Assembly: GCA_963848295.1 (NCBI GenBank)
Contig: CAWKDB010000011.1
Span: 128,001 to 192,000, forward strand
DNA length: 64,000 nucleotides
Reading direction: 5' to 3'
DNA from: an uncultured delta proteobacterium
GTDB lineage: Bacteria > Myxococcota_A > Polyangia > Haliangiales > Haliangiaceae
The notes under the pieces were generated by a model that worked only from the letters and a program-made list of their open reading frames with translations, made no database searches and was not told the DNA's origin. Numbering within the stretch: position 1 is the stretch's first letter; every line of letters begins with the position of its first letter. Positions 40,406 to 50,395 of the stretch are shown piece after piece. A program made the position numbers and the translations under genes.

Positions 40406-41697
40406 GCGAGCCTCCCGTCGAGGTCGTGGACGCACCGGCCCTCGACGAACGTCAGCACCGCTCGCCCGGCGAGGGTCTGGCCGAGGAACGGCGAGTTCTT
40501 CGACTTGCTCGTGACGGTCTCGGCGGTCAGCATCATCGGCCGCTCGGGATCGATCACCGTGATGTCGGCGACCGCGCCCACCGCGAGCGCGCCACCGGGT
40601 AAGCCGAACGCGCGCGCCGGGCCGCCGGTCAGCGCCGCGATCACGCGCTTGTCGTCGAGCGTGCCCATCCGCACGAAGTCGAGCACGATCGGCAACGCGG
40701 TCTCGAGGCCGAGCATGCCCGGGGCGGCGCACTCGAACTCGACGTCCTTCTCGACCGGCGAGTGCGGCGCGTGATCGGTCGCGATCGCGTCGATCGTGCC
40801 GTCGGCGAGGCCTTCGAGCAGCGCCTCCTGGTCCGCGGCGGTGCGCAGCGGCGGCATGACCTTCGTGCGTGTGTCGTAGTGGCTGCACGCCTCGTCGGTG
40901 AGCGCGAGGTGGTGCGGCGTGACCTCGCACGTCACCGGCAGGCCGCGGCGCTTGGCATCGCGGACGAGCGCGACGGTGCGAGCGGTCGACACGTGCGCGA
41001 CGTGGTAGCGCGCGCCGGTCCACTCGACGATCTCCAGGTCGCGAGCGACCATCGCGCTCTCGGCGCACGCCGGCTGCGGCTTGATCCCGATCCGCGTCGA
41101 CACCGCGCCTTCATTCATCGCCCCGCCCTCCGCAAGATCGAGATCCTCGGCGTGCTGGACCAGCGGCAGGTCGAACGTCTTGGCGTACTCGAACGCGCGG
41201 CGGACGAGCCCGGCGTTCATCACCGGGCGCCCGTCGTCGGAGATCGCGACGATGCCGGCTTCTTTCATGTCGGCGATGTCGGCGAGCGCCTTGCCTTCGA
41301 GCCCGTGCGTGATCGCGCCGATCGGCCGGACGCGGACCGAGCCGACCTCGCGGGCGCGGCGCACGATCAGCTCGGTGACCGCGCGCTGGTCGTTGACCGG
41401 CTTGGTGTTCGGCATGCAGCACACCGTCGTGAACCCGCCGACCGCGGCCGCGCGCGTGCCGCTCTCGATGTCTTCCTTGTATTCCTGGCCGGGCTCGCGC
41501 AGATGGACGTGGAGGTCGATCAGGCCTGGCACGATCCACAGATCCTTGACGTCGATGATCCGGGGCGCGACCAAGCCGCGGCCGATCTCGACGATCCGGC
41601 CACCCGCGATCCGCACGTCGGCGGCCTGGTCGAGAGGACGCGCCGCACCGGGGTCGAATACCCGGCCACCGCGTAGGACCAGATCGCCGGAATCCAT
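40402..41697 (-). CDS. pyrC: dihydroorotase
   Basis: [40 protein letters not shown]. Confidence 0.96.
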   Translation of the reverse strand: MDSGDLVLRGGRVFDPGAARPLDQAADVRIAGGRIVEIGRGLVAPRIIDVKDLWIVPGLIDLHVHLREPGQEYKEDIESGTRAAAVGGFTTVCCMPNTKPVNDQRAVTELIVRRAREVGSVRVRPIGAITHGLEGKALADIADMKEAGIVAISDDGRPVMNAGLVRRAFEYAKTFDLPLVQHAEDLDLAEGGAMNEGAVSTRIGIKPQPACAESAMVARDLEIVEWTGARYHVAHVSTARTVALVRDAKRRGLPVTCEVTPHHLALTDEACSHYDTRTKVMPPLRTAADQEALLEGLADGTIDAIATDHAPHSPVEKDVEFECAAPGMLGLETALPIVLDFVRMGTLDDKRVIAALTGGPARAFGLPGGALAVGAVADITVIDPERPMMLTAETVTSKSKNSPFLGQTLAGRAVLTFVEGRCVHDLDGRLA

Positions 41698-41734
41698 CGC
41701 GGCAGGTCTTACCACGATCGGCGGGAACCGGGCG

Positions 41735-42877
41735 TCACTGTGCTTGGACCGCGAGCGGCCAGGTATGGGTCACGCCGCCGAGGGTCGAGGTGATGTCGAC
41801 GACGCCCGAGGTCGCGGCCTGCGCGCCGACGATCAGGTGCCGCACGTCGCCGTTCTGCCCGGCCGGGACATCGAACGAGAACGTCGCGGTCAGATCACCG
41901 ACGGCGGTGGCGCCGAGCTGCCAAGCGGCCGACGTCGGACCGTCGCTGATCAACTCCAGCGCGACCGTGGTGTACGAGCCGACCGGGACGGTCACGCCGA
42001 GGCCGGTGCCGACCGGGTCGGTCGCGAGCGGCACCGCGACGAAGTACGGCGAGGGATCGGCCGGCGCGCACGGGTCGTGATAAGCGGCCGCCGCCGCGTT
42101 CGACCAGATCTTCGCGACCTGGTAGCCATCGATCGTCGCCGGCGCGTCTGCGCACACGGTGTCGAGCTCGCCGCCGAACGCCGCGGGCTGGGCGAGCGAG
42201 CCGCCGAACCCGGCCCAGCCTTGCGGTTGCAACCCGACGAGCGGATCGGTCGCGATCGCGACCATCGCGTAGGTCGCTCCGGCGATCACGCCCGCGCCGC
42301 TGTCACACGTCGGCACGACGCCGACCTGAGCGCGCGCACCGCTGCCGAGCACGACGTCGCGGTGATAGCCGGTCGTGCCCGATGTGCACAGATCGACGCC
42401 GCCGACGGTGACCATCGACGACGCCGGGTAGATCAGGATGAATTCCTTGGTCGCGAGCGTCGCGCTATCGACCGCGCCGATCTCGGCGTGCGTCCCGTCG
42501 AGCTCGCTCTTGACGAACGCGTCGACCGCGGTCTCCGGCACGGTGCCCGGCGCCGAGGTCGCGAGCGTGAGCGGCGAAGCGAGCGTCGCGGATCGCACGC
42601 CGTACTCGGCGAGCTCGGAGCTGAACACCGGAGACGCGACGTAGTCGGCGAGCACCGGGTCGTAGGTCGCTTGCGCCGTCTCGCCCGCGAAGTACACGAC
42701 CTGGATCGTCGGGCTCGCGACCACGAGCGGCGGCCGGCCCGCGGGCTTGACCTGCGGCATCGACGGATGGAACGCCGGATATGCGGTCGCGTCCGGTCCG
42801 ATCGCGGCATCGGGTCCGGGCGGTCGCGCGCTGGTGCACGCGACGAGCAGGGCGACAACCGCGAGCCACCGATTCAC
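41735..42877 (-). CDS. hypothetical lipoprotein
   Basis: LLVAC lipobox; GYH and WSNAAAAAYHDPC segments. Confidence 0.7.
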   Translation of the reverse strand: MNRWLAVVALLVACTSARPPGPDAAIGPDATAYPAFHPSMPQVKPAGRPPLVVASPTIQVVYFAGETAQATYDPVLADYVASPVFSSELAEYGVRSATLASPLTLATSAPGTVPETAVDAFVKSELDGTHAEIGAVDSATLATKEFILIYPASSMVTVGGVDLCTSGTTGYHRDVVLGSGARAQVGVVPTCDSGAGVIAGATYAMVAIATDPLVGLQPQGWAGFGGSLAQPAAFGGELDTVCADAPATIDGYQVAKIWSNAAAAAYHDPCAPADPSPYFVAVPLATDPVGTGLGVTVPVGSYTTVALELISDGPTSAAWQLGATAVGDLTATFSFDVPAGQNGDVRHLIVGAQAATSGVVDITSTLGGVTHTWPLAVQAQ

Positions 42878-42942
42878 GCCGCAACCTTGCCCGAACCGCG
42901 CCGGTCGCGCCAGGAGCTAGGCAGTCGCGCTATGCTGTCGCG

Positions 42943-43683
42943 GTGCCGACCGCAGGAATCGTCATCATCGGCGACGAGATCCTGACCGGTAAGTTCGCCG
43001 AGGAGAACGCGGCGTTTCTGATCGGCGAGCTGCGCGCGCTCGGGGTCGAGCTCAAGCGGATCACGGTGGTCCCCGACGAGCTCGACGACATCGCGACGAC
43101 GGTCCGAGAGGCCTCGGCGCGGTTCGACCACGTGTTCACCTCCGGCGGGGTCGGCCCGACCCACGACGACATCACGATCGCCGCGATCGCGCGCGGGTTC
43201 GGCGTCGGCGTCCGGCGCCATCCCGAGCTCGAGGCCAAGGTGCGCGGCTACTGGGGCGACAAGCTCGCCGACGCGAACCTCCGGCTCGCCGACCTGCCGG
43301 ACACCGCGGAGCTGGTCTACGGCAAGGACCAGATCTGGCCGGTCGTGTGCGTACGCAATGTCTTCATCTTGCCCGGCGTGCCGGCGCTGTTTCGCCGCAA
43401 GTTCGTCGACATCCGCGATCGGTTTCGCGCCGAGCCGGTGACCGCCGCGCGGCTCTACGTCGATGCGGACGAAGGCGAGCTCGCGCCACACCTCGAGGCC
43501 GTCGTCGCGGCTCATCCCTCGGTCAAGATCGGCAGCTACCCGCGGTTCTCCGAGAAGGAGTTTCGCGTGCTGGTCACGCTCGAGGGCGCCGATGGTGCCG
43601 AGGTCGCGGCGGCCCACGATGCGCTCGCGGTCAAGCTCGGCGCCCGGGTCGTGCGGCGCGAAGAACCGCGGAGGGTCGGATGA
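42943..43683 (+). CDS. CinA N-terminal / molybdopterin-binding-like protein
   Basis: IIGDEILTG, TSGGVGPTHDDIT, LPGVP, IGSYP. Confidence 0.9.
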   Translation: MPTAGIVIIGDEILTGKFAEENAAFLIGELRALGVELKRITVVPDELDDIATTVREASARFDHVFTSGGVGPTHDDITIAAIARGFGVGVRRHPELEAKVRGYWGDKLADANLRLADLPDTAELVYGKDQIWPVVCVRNVFILPGVPALFRRKFVDIRDRFRAEPVTAARLYVDADEGELAPHLEAVVAAHPSVKIGSYPRFSEKEFRVLVTLEGADGAEVAAAHDALAVKLGARVVRREEPRRVG

Positions 43684-44753
43684 AGCTCGTCGCCGCGCTC
43701 CTCGTCGCGGCGTGTGGCTCGGCCGCCGCGCAACCGCCGCGCTCCCCGACCGCGCCGGCTCCGGTCGGGTTCACGCCGCTCGCCGATCCAGATCTCCAGC
43801 TGATCGCGACGCCGGCGACCGACCACGCGCCGTTCGTCCAGGCGATCGACGCGGCGATCACGTCGATCGATCTCGCGATGTTCCACCTCACCGACAAGCA
43901 GGTGGTCGAAGCGCTCCAGGGCGCGGCCTCGCGCGGCGTCGCGGTGCGCGTGATCATCGATCACGACAGCGTCAAGGCGAAGGCGAATCAGCGGCAGTTC
44001 GATGTGCTGCGCACGCACGGCGTGCCGATCCGGCGCTCGAGCAAACAGTTCTCGATCACGCACGAGAAGGCGATGGTGATCGACGGCAAGGTCGCCTTCG
44101 TCACCGCGATCAACCTCACGAACGATGTCGACAAGACGCGCGATTTCGGCGTGATCACCCGCGCGCCCGACGTGGTCAGCGACGTCGCCGCGCTGTTCGA
44201 GGCGGACTGGACGAACGCCGACAGCCATGGCCACGTCACGCCGGCGCAGCGCGCGGCGAGCCTCGTCGTGTCGCCGACCAGCTCGCGCAGCAAGCTCGTC
44301 GCGTTGCTCGGCTCGGCGCAACACACCGTCGACCTCACGGTCGAGAACCTCGGCGATCCGGCGATCATCGAGGCGATCGTGGCCGCGGCCAAGCGCGGCG
44401 CGGCCGTGCGCGCGATCGTGCCGGCATGCGACAAGAACCCGGACGAGCTCTACAACCTGCCGGCCGCGCAGCGGCTCGCGGCGGCGGGCGTCGCGGCGCG
44501 GATGATGCCCGCGCCCGAGACCGCCGACACGCCGTACATGCACTCGAAGATGATCCTCGTCGACGGCCACGTCGCGTACATCGGCTCGGTGAACTTCTCC
44601 GGCAACTCGCTCGCCCACGCGCGCGAGCTCGGCGTGATCGTCGACAGCGCCGCCGCCGGTGCGCAGATCCGCGCCACGTTCGAGACCGACTTCGCGCACG
44701 CAGTGGTCCCTCCGGCCACGCGCCCGGCATCGTGCCGCGCGATCGGGCACTGA
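43680..44753 (+). CDS. phospholipase D family lipoprotein (two HKD motifs)
   Basis: HEKAMVID and HSKMILVD..GSVN; lipobox LVAAC. Confidence 0.9.
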   Translation: MKLVAALLVAACGSAAAQPPRSPTAPAPVGFTPLADPDLQLIATPATDHAPFVQAIDAAITSIDLAMFHLTDKQVVEALQGAASRGVAVRVIIDHDSVKAKANQRQFDVLRTHGVPIRRSSKQFSITHEKAMVIDGKVAFVTAINLTNDVDKTRDFGVITRAPDVVSDVAALFEADWTNADSHGHVTPAQRAASLVVSPTSSRSKLVALLGSAQHTVDLTVENLGDPAIIEAIVAAAKRGAAVRAIVPACDKNPDELYNLPAAQRLAAAGVAARMMPAPETADTPYMHSKMILVDGHVAYIGSVNFSGNSLAHARELGVIVDSAAAGAQIRATFETDFAHAVVPPATRPASCRAIGH

Positions 44754-44755
44754 GG

Positions 44756-46129
44756 TTAGTCGACCGCGAGCAGCTCTCCGACCTTCGCGACGACCGCGCC
44801 GAGTGGCACTTCGTGCTCGTTCGCGATCGTGGTGTCGGTGATCCGCAGATCCTTGACCTTGACGACGCCGGCATCGCGTTCGCGCGAGCCGAAGATCAGC
44901 GCGAGCGGAATACCGCCCTTGTCGGCGTACTTGAACTGCTTGCCGAGCTTGTCGTCGCCGCCGTAGACCTCGGTGTTGTGGCCGGCGGCGCGCAGCTGCG
45001 ACGCGATCCTCGCGTAGTCAAGTGCGAGCGTCGGATCGACATTGAGCACGATCGCATGCGCGATCGAGCGGCGATCGCCGGCGATCACGCCGAGCTCGAG
45101 CAGTTGCGCGAACAGCCGCGTCACGCCGATCGAGATGCCGACGCCCGGCAGCTTCGACTTCGTGTAGTGCCCGGCGAGGTTGTCGTAACGGCCGCCCGAG
45201 CAGATCGACCCGAGCTTCGGGTGGTCATCGAGGAACGTCTCGTAGACCGTGCCGGTGTAGTAGTCGAGGCCGCGCACGATCGACAAATCGATGCACAGCG
45301 CGGCATCGGGTACGCCGAGCGCGATCGTGCCGGCATAGACCCGCTCGAGCTCGGCCAGGCCCTCGGCGAAGCTCGCCGACGCGGTCGGCTGTATCGCGTG
45401 CTCGCGGAGCTTGCCGAGGATCGCGCGCGAGTCGCCGGCGCCCGCGGTGAGCAGATCGAGCAAGCGCCTCGCGGCCGACGGCTCGATCACCGCCGCGAGC
45501 TTTGCTTCGACCGCGGCGCGATCCTGTTTGCCCAGGCGATCGACCTCGTGCAGCACGTCGCCGTGGCTCGCGGCCGGGATCGCGAGCGACTCGAGCAGGC
45601 CGCGCAGCAGCTTGCGGTTGTTGATCTTGATCGTGAACGCGCCGAACCGTAGCTCGTGGAAGATGCCGTAGATCACCGCCGGCAGCTCGGCATCGTAAGC
45701 GAGCGCCAGCGCGTCCTTGCCGATCACGTCGATGTCGGCTTGATAGAACTCGCGATACCGGCCGTGCTGCGGGCGCTCGCCGCGGTAGACGCGCTGGATC
45801 TGATAGCGGCGGAACGGAAAGTTGAGCTGGCCCTCGTGCTGCGCGACATACCGCGCGAGCGGCACCGTGAGATCGAACCGCAGCGCGAGCTCGGGCGGCT
45901 TGCCCTGCGCGAGCGCCCCGGTCGATTGTACGAAGTAGACTTCTTTCTCGGTCTCGCCGCCGGACTTGGTCAGCAGCACCTCGGACAGCTCGAACACCGG
46001 GGTCTCGACCGGCAGAAAGCCGAAGCGCTCGAACCCGCGCCGGATCGTGTCGAGCATCCGCTGGTGCGCGAGCTGCTGCGCGGGGAGCAGCTCGAGGACT
46101 CCGGGCGGTATGCGAGGCGAGACGGGCAT
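44756..46129 (-). CDS. hisS: histidine--tRNA ligase
   Basis: [38 protein letters not shown]. Confidence 0.98.
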   Translation of the reverse strand: MPVSPRIPPGVLELLPAQQLAHQRMLDTIRRGFERFGFLPVETPVFELSEVLLTKSGGETEKEVYFVQSTGALAQGKPPELALRFDLTVPLARYVAQHEGQLNFPFRRYQIQRVYRGERPQHGRYREFYQADIDVIGKDALALAYDAELPAVIYGIFHELRFGAFTIKINNRKLLRGLLESLAIPAASHGDVLHEVDRLGKQDRAAVEAKLAAVIEPSAARRLLDLLTAGAGDSRAILGKLREHAIQPTASASFAEGLAELERVYAGTIALGVPDAALCIDLSIVRGLDYYTGTVYETFLDDHPKLGSICSGGRYDNLAGHYTKSKLPGVGISIGVTRLFAQLLELGVIAGDRRSIAHAIVLNVDPTLALDYARIASQLRAAGHNTEVYGGDDKLGKQFKYADKGGIPLALIFGSRERDAGVVKVKDLRITDTTIANEHEVPLGAVVAKVGELLAVD

Positions 46130-46152
46130 CGCGCCGTGACATACCATGCGAG

Positions 46153-47451
46153 TCAGCCGCGGCGCAGCATGCCGACGACGATCACCGCGGTGCCGAGCAC
46201 GAGCGCGACGCCGACCATCGCGACCCACAACATCGAGCCATCGTCGTCGCCGCTGTCGTCGACCGGCGCGGCCCGTGCAGCACTGGCCGGCGGCGCGGAG
46301 CCCGCGGTCATGCGCGACGCCTCCGCGACCGGCGCCGGGCCGTCGGTCCACGACGTCGTCTCGATCGTCGTGCCGTCCGAGCGGATCGCGGTGACCTCGA
46401 CCCGATTTCCACTCGTGGTCACCCGCAGGTAGTGCAGCACCCGCTCGAACTTCTGCACCGCCTCGGCATCGACCGCCGCGGGCTTGGGCCGGCGCGGATA
46501 CAGCGGCGCGCCACCGCCGCCCGACACGAAGTAGTGCACGCCGTTGTGCTCCGCGCGCTCGTAGACGTGGTCGTGTCCGGAGAACACCGCGGTGACTTGA
46601 TACTTCTCGAACAGCGGCGTCCAGCGCTCGCGCAAGTCGCGCTGGCCGCCGTGCAACGAGATCGAGAACGGCGGGTGATGCATGACCACGAAGATGTGAT
46701 GGATGCGCGGATCCTGGCGCGCGGCGATCAGCTCGCGCTCGAGCCACGACGTCTGGTCGGTGAGCGCGAAGCTGTAGGCGTTCGAGTCGAGCACGAGGAA
46801 CCGCGCCGCGGCATAGCTGAACGCGTAGTAGCGCTCGGACTCGCCGCCGTTCTCCGGGACGGAGAAGAACTCGCGATACGTATCGGCCGTACGCCCGCGG
46901 CCTTGACGATCGTGATTGCCGACCGCCGGGTAATAGACGTTGTCGCGCAAGAACGGGCTCTCGACATCGAAGTACGCCTGCCACTCGTCGAGCCGAGCGC
47001 CATCGTCGACCATGTCGCCGGTGCCGAGCACGAAGTCGGGCACCTCTTCCATCATCCGTTCGACGACTCGGCGATGTTGCTCGATGCCGTTGCGCGAATC
47101 GCCGATGACGACGAACGAGAACGGCACGTCCTTGCCGACCGGCGGCGCGGTCGCGAACTCGCCTTGCCAGCTCTGGTCGCCGACCTCGACGCGATAGTGA
47201 TAGCGCGTCGCCGGCATGAGGTTCTCGATCTTCGCCTCGACGATACGCGCCCCGGGGACGTCTTGCGCATGCTCGCCGCCCGGGCCGGACACGATCAGCT
47301 TGCCCGGCTCGACGTCGTCGAGCTGCCACATCACCTTGATCGACGTCGGCGCGAGATCCTGCAGGTACGGCCCCTTCAACATCTTCGGAGCCGCGGTCGC
47401 CGCGCCACCTAGCCCAGCGAGCACGACGATCGATGCGAAGGGGCGCGCCAT
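46153..47451 (-). CDS. purple-acid-phosphatase-like metallophosphoesterase with C-terminal membrane anchor
   Basis: [25 protein letters not shown]. Confidence 0.92.
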   Translation of the reverse strand: MARPFASIVVLAGLGGAATAAPKMLKGPYLQDLAPTSIKVMWQLDDVEPGKLIVSGPGGEHAQDVPGARIVEAKIENLMPATRYHYRVEVGDQSWQGEFATAPPVGKDVPFSFVVIGDSRNGIEQHRRVVERMMEEVPDFVLGTGDMVDDGARLDEWQAYFDVESPFLRDNVYYPAVGNHDRQGRGRTADTYREFFSVPENGGESERYYAFSYAAARFLVLDSNAYSFALTDQTSWLERELIAARQDPRIHHIFVVMHHPPFSISLHGGQRDLRERWTPLFEKYQVTAVFSGHDHVYERAEHNGVHYFVSGGGGAPLYPRRPKPAAVDAEAVQKFERVLHYLRVTTSGNRVEVTAIRSDGTTIETTSWTDGPAPVAEASRMTAGSAPPASAARAAPVDDSGDDDGSMLWVAMVGVALVLGTAVIVVGMLRRG

Positions 47452-47506
47452 CCAGCTCGCCCCAAGGATACGCCAGGGACGCGATGTAGGCGCAAGCGCG
47501 CGTCGC

Positions 47507-48199
47507 TCAAGCCGCGAACAGCCGCGGCACGATCTCGTCGGCCTCGCCCACGTGGACCTCATCGAACAACTCCCGAGCATCGTCGAACGCCTCGAGGTTG
47601 ATCAGCACGCGCCGCGCGCCGGCGTATTCGGCGGAACGGACGAAGCTCGACGCCGGGGTCACGGTGCCCGACGTACCGATCGCGACGAACAGGTCGCAAT
47701 CGCGCAGCGCGCGTTTGACGGCGTGCTCGGCGTCGACCGGGATCGGCTCGCCGAATAGCACCGCGCCCGGGCGCATCACGCGATCGCAGTGCTCGGGTGG
47801 CCGCTCCGAATCGTCGGGCACGAGCTCGGCTGCGCACGTCTCGCAGCGCCAACACGCGAGGCTGCCGTGGTACTCGCAGACGCTCTTACTTCCGGCCGCC
47901 TGGTGCAGGCCGTCGACGTTCTGCGTGACGACCAGCATGCGCGCCATCGCGGGCAGCGTCGCTTCGTACGCGGCGAGCGCACGATGGGCCGCGGTGGGGC
48001 TGACCCGCCGGATCGCTCGCCGGAATCCCCAGAACATCTCGCACGCCTCGTCGTGCCGATCGGCCAGCGCGCTCGCGTGCGCCAGCTCCGCGAGCTTGCC
48101 GTCGCTCCACAGCCCGCCCGGTCCGCGATACGTCGCGAGCCCCGCGCTGCGCGAAATACCGGCCCCGGTTAGCACCACGATGCCGCGATAGCCATGCAT
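47507..48199 (-). CDS. cobB: Sir2-family NAD-dependent deacylase
   Basis: TGAGIS..GLATYR, TQNVDGLH, HGS, RPGAVLFGE, GTSG. Confidence 0.92.
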   Translation of the reverse strand: MHGYRGIVVLTGAGISRSAGLATYRGPGGLWSDGKLAELAHASALADRHDEACEMFWGFRRAIRRVSPTAAHRALAAYEATLPAMARMLVVTQNVDGLHQAAGSKSVCEYHGSLACWRCETCAAELVPDDSERPPEHCDRVMRPGAVLFGEPIPVDAEHAVKRALRDCDLFVAIGTSGTVTPASSFVRSAEYAGARRVLINLEAFDDARELFDEVHVGEADEIVPRLFAA

Positions 48200-48238
48200 C
48201 TACCTAGTGTACTATGGACACTCTTATAGGCAACGCGA

Positions 48239-50233
48239 CTACGGAGCGCCGACGAGCCCGGCGACGTCGTCGGTGACGATCTCCGGCCGCGCATCGGGGC
48301 TCGCGACCGCGGTCGTGCAGCTGTCGAACGTGACGCCCGCGACGTGCCGCAGGTAGTAGCCCCACGCCGGGAGGTCGCCGAACATGTTCGACTCGGGATA
48401 TTGATCGGGTGTCGCCTCGGCCGGTGCGCCCGGCACGCTCGCCAGGCCGCCGTCGTAGGTCACCGCGACTCGCGTGAAGCTGAGGTTCGTGATCGGATAG
48501 GTCGTGCCGTTGAAGATGTGCCCGGTGATGAGGCTACCTTGGTGCGGCGAGTTCCCCCACGGCGCGGTCGAGCCGCGGATGTCGGTGAACGAGACGTTGT
48601 CGATGCTGCCGAGCTTCGGCACGTCGCCGATCGGGTGGGTGGTCGATTGCTGCGCGAGGTAGACGAAGAACGCGCCGCCGGTGTTCGAGAACTCGACGCG
48701 CTGGAACGTCATACCCTCGATGTCCGCGCCCTGGCGCGACTCGACTGCCATCGCCGCGTACTGGACGTCCTTGACCCAGGTGTCTTCGATCGTGACGTTC
48801 GCGAACGCGCCGTAGGTCGCGGTGCCGACCTTGATCCCGTTCGAGCCGCCGTTGTTGCCGGTGAACACCGAGTCCTTGACGACCATCGTGTCGATGCCGC
48901 GCCGCACGCCGCTCTTCAAGCACATCGCGTCGTCGCCTGCGTTGATCGCGCTGTGCTCGACCGTGATATCGGTGCCGTCGACGATGTCGATGCCGTCGTG
49001 TGTGATGTAGTTCGACTGCAAGTTGATGTTGTTGATGACGACGTGGTCGCTCTCCATGCTGACCAGGCTCCACACCGCGCCCTTGCGCAGGTAGAGGTTC
49101 TGCACGGTCACGTCCTGCGCGAGCACGGCCCAGATCAGCAGCGGGCGGGTTCCTTCGACCCCGGAGAACGAGTCGCCCTGCCCGTCGATCACGCCGCCGC
49201 CGTCGATCGTGAGGTCGGTCGAGCCCGGCGCGTACACCAGCGCGCGCTGCGTGTTGCTGAGCTGCGTGTTGCCGGTAGCCGGCGTCTGCGTCGGATAGTC
49301 GGCGACGTTCGTGCTGCCGAGCAACACCGCCGACGAATCGACGAACAGCGTCAGCTTGCTGCCGAGCGTGACCGTGCCGGACAGGAACGTGCCACCGGAC
49401 AGCACGACCGAGCCGCCGGTGCCGGCCGCGGCGTCGGCCGCCGCCTGGATCGCCGCGGTGTCGTTCGTCACGCCGTCGCCCTTCGCGCCGTAGTCGCGGG
49501 CATCGAACACCGGCGACGGCGGCGCGCCGATGTACGCCGCCTCGGTGTAGACCTCGACGTTGTCGACGTACAGCGTGCCGGTGTTCGCGCCGTCCATGAA
49601 GTAGCTGACCTTCGCGACCGACGGTGAGGCGGTGCGCAGGGCGACCGCGTGCTGCTTGCGAACTCCGTCGACGTACAGATCGAACGTGCCCTGCGTCGTA
49701 TCGACGACGACGCGCACCCGGTACCACACATTCGCGGCGAACGTCTGGATCAGCGTGGTGGTCGCGCCGACATGCGCGTTGAGGTTGCCGTCCTGGAACG
49801 AGATCGATGCGACCGCGGCGCCGTTCGCGTCGTAGATGTACGGGATCGCCTTGAACCCGGCGGTCTCGGCCGCCTTGACCTTCGCCTCGAACACGATGCG
49901 ACCGCTCTGGGGCGCGAACGACGTTGCCAAACTCGACGTCCCGCTCGTGTCGGGCTTCACGATCGCGATCGACTTGTCGGTGGCGAACGGGACCTCGGCG
50001 GCGGTCACCGAGCCGGTCGGCGACTCTGCGACGACCCACGGCGTAGCGGGAGCGAACCCGGTCGCGACCTCGTTGAAGGTCTCGTCGATGATGTAGGCGC
50101 CGTTCGTGCCGGCATCGGACCCGGTGCCATCGCCGTCGCCCTTTCCGCCGCCCGAATCGTCGCCTCCGCCGGATGCCGGGTTGTGAGTGGCACAGGCGGT
50201 GAGGAGCGCCACAATGACCAGGAGTGACTTCAT
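48239..50233 (-). CDS. GH28-like (pectin-lyase fold) glycoside hydrolase lipoprotein with N-terminal lectin-like domain
   Basis: DYGAKGDGVTNDTAAIQAA, HDGIDI, GDDAMCLKS, YPESNMFG; lipobox LTAC. Confidence 0.85.
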   Translation of the reverse strand: MKSLLVIVALLTACATHNPASGGGDDSGGGKGDGDGTGSDAGTNGAYIIDETFNEVATGFAPATPWVVAESPTGSVTAAEVPFATDKSIAIVKPDTSGTSSLATSFAPQSGRIVFEAKVKAAETAGFKAIPYIYDANGAAVASISFQDGNLNAHVGATTTLIQTFAANVWYRVRVVVDTTQGTFDLYVDGVRKQHAVALRTASPSVAKVSYFMDGANTGTLYVDNVEVYTEAAYIGAPPSPVFDARDYGAKGDGVTNDTAAIQAAADAAAGTGGSVVLSGGTFLSGTVTLGSKLTLFVDSSAVLLGSTNVADYPTQTPATGNTQLSNTQRALVYAPGSTDLTIDGGGVIDGQGDSFSGVEGTRPLLIWAVLAQDVTVQNLYLRKGAVWSLVSMESDHVVINNINLQSNYITHDGIDIVDGTDITVEHSAINAGDDAMCLKSGVRRGIDTMVVKDSVFTGNNGGSNGIKVGTATYGAFANVTIEDTWVKDVQYAAMAVESRQGADIEGMTFQRVEFSNTGGAFFVYLAQQSTTHPIGDVPKLGSIDNVSFTDIRGSTAPWGNSPHQGSLITGHIFNGTTYPITNLSFTRVAVTYDGGLASVPGAPAEATPDQYPESNMFGDLPAWGYYLRHVAGVTFDSCTTAVASPDARPEIVTDDVAGLVGAP

Positions 50234-50245
50234 GTAATCGGTCAC

Positions 50246-50261
50246 AGCAAGAGCCGTACCC
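50246..50261 (-). promoter_or_regulatory. putative sigma-54 (-24/-12) promoter
   Basis: GGGTACGGCTCTTGCT (GG-N10-GC) 12 nt upstream of the GH28 ATG. Confidence 0.5.
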
Positions 50262-50395
50262 GCGCCGGCGACACGGCGTTCCAGGACGTTACTGATATGC
50301 CGACCGGTCCATCGGCTAGCAACTCGTCTTGCCGGCGCGTTACACGGCGGTGTCACGCCGTGCTGCGCCGACGCGATGCGATCCCTGCGGTTCGA

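Noticed and set aside
43680..44753. PLD as a restriction or defence nuclease
   Set aside because: It has a lipoprotein signal and two HKD motifs in a housekeeping context, consistent with an envelope phospholipase.
47507..48199. Sir2 gene as an anti-phage (Thoeris/DSR-type) component
   Set aside because: Short stand-alone CobB-type deacylase with classical motifs and no defence partners adjacent.
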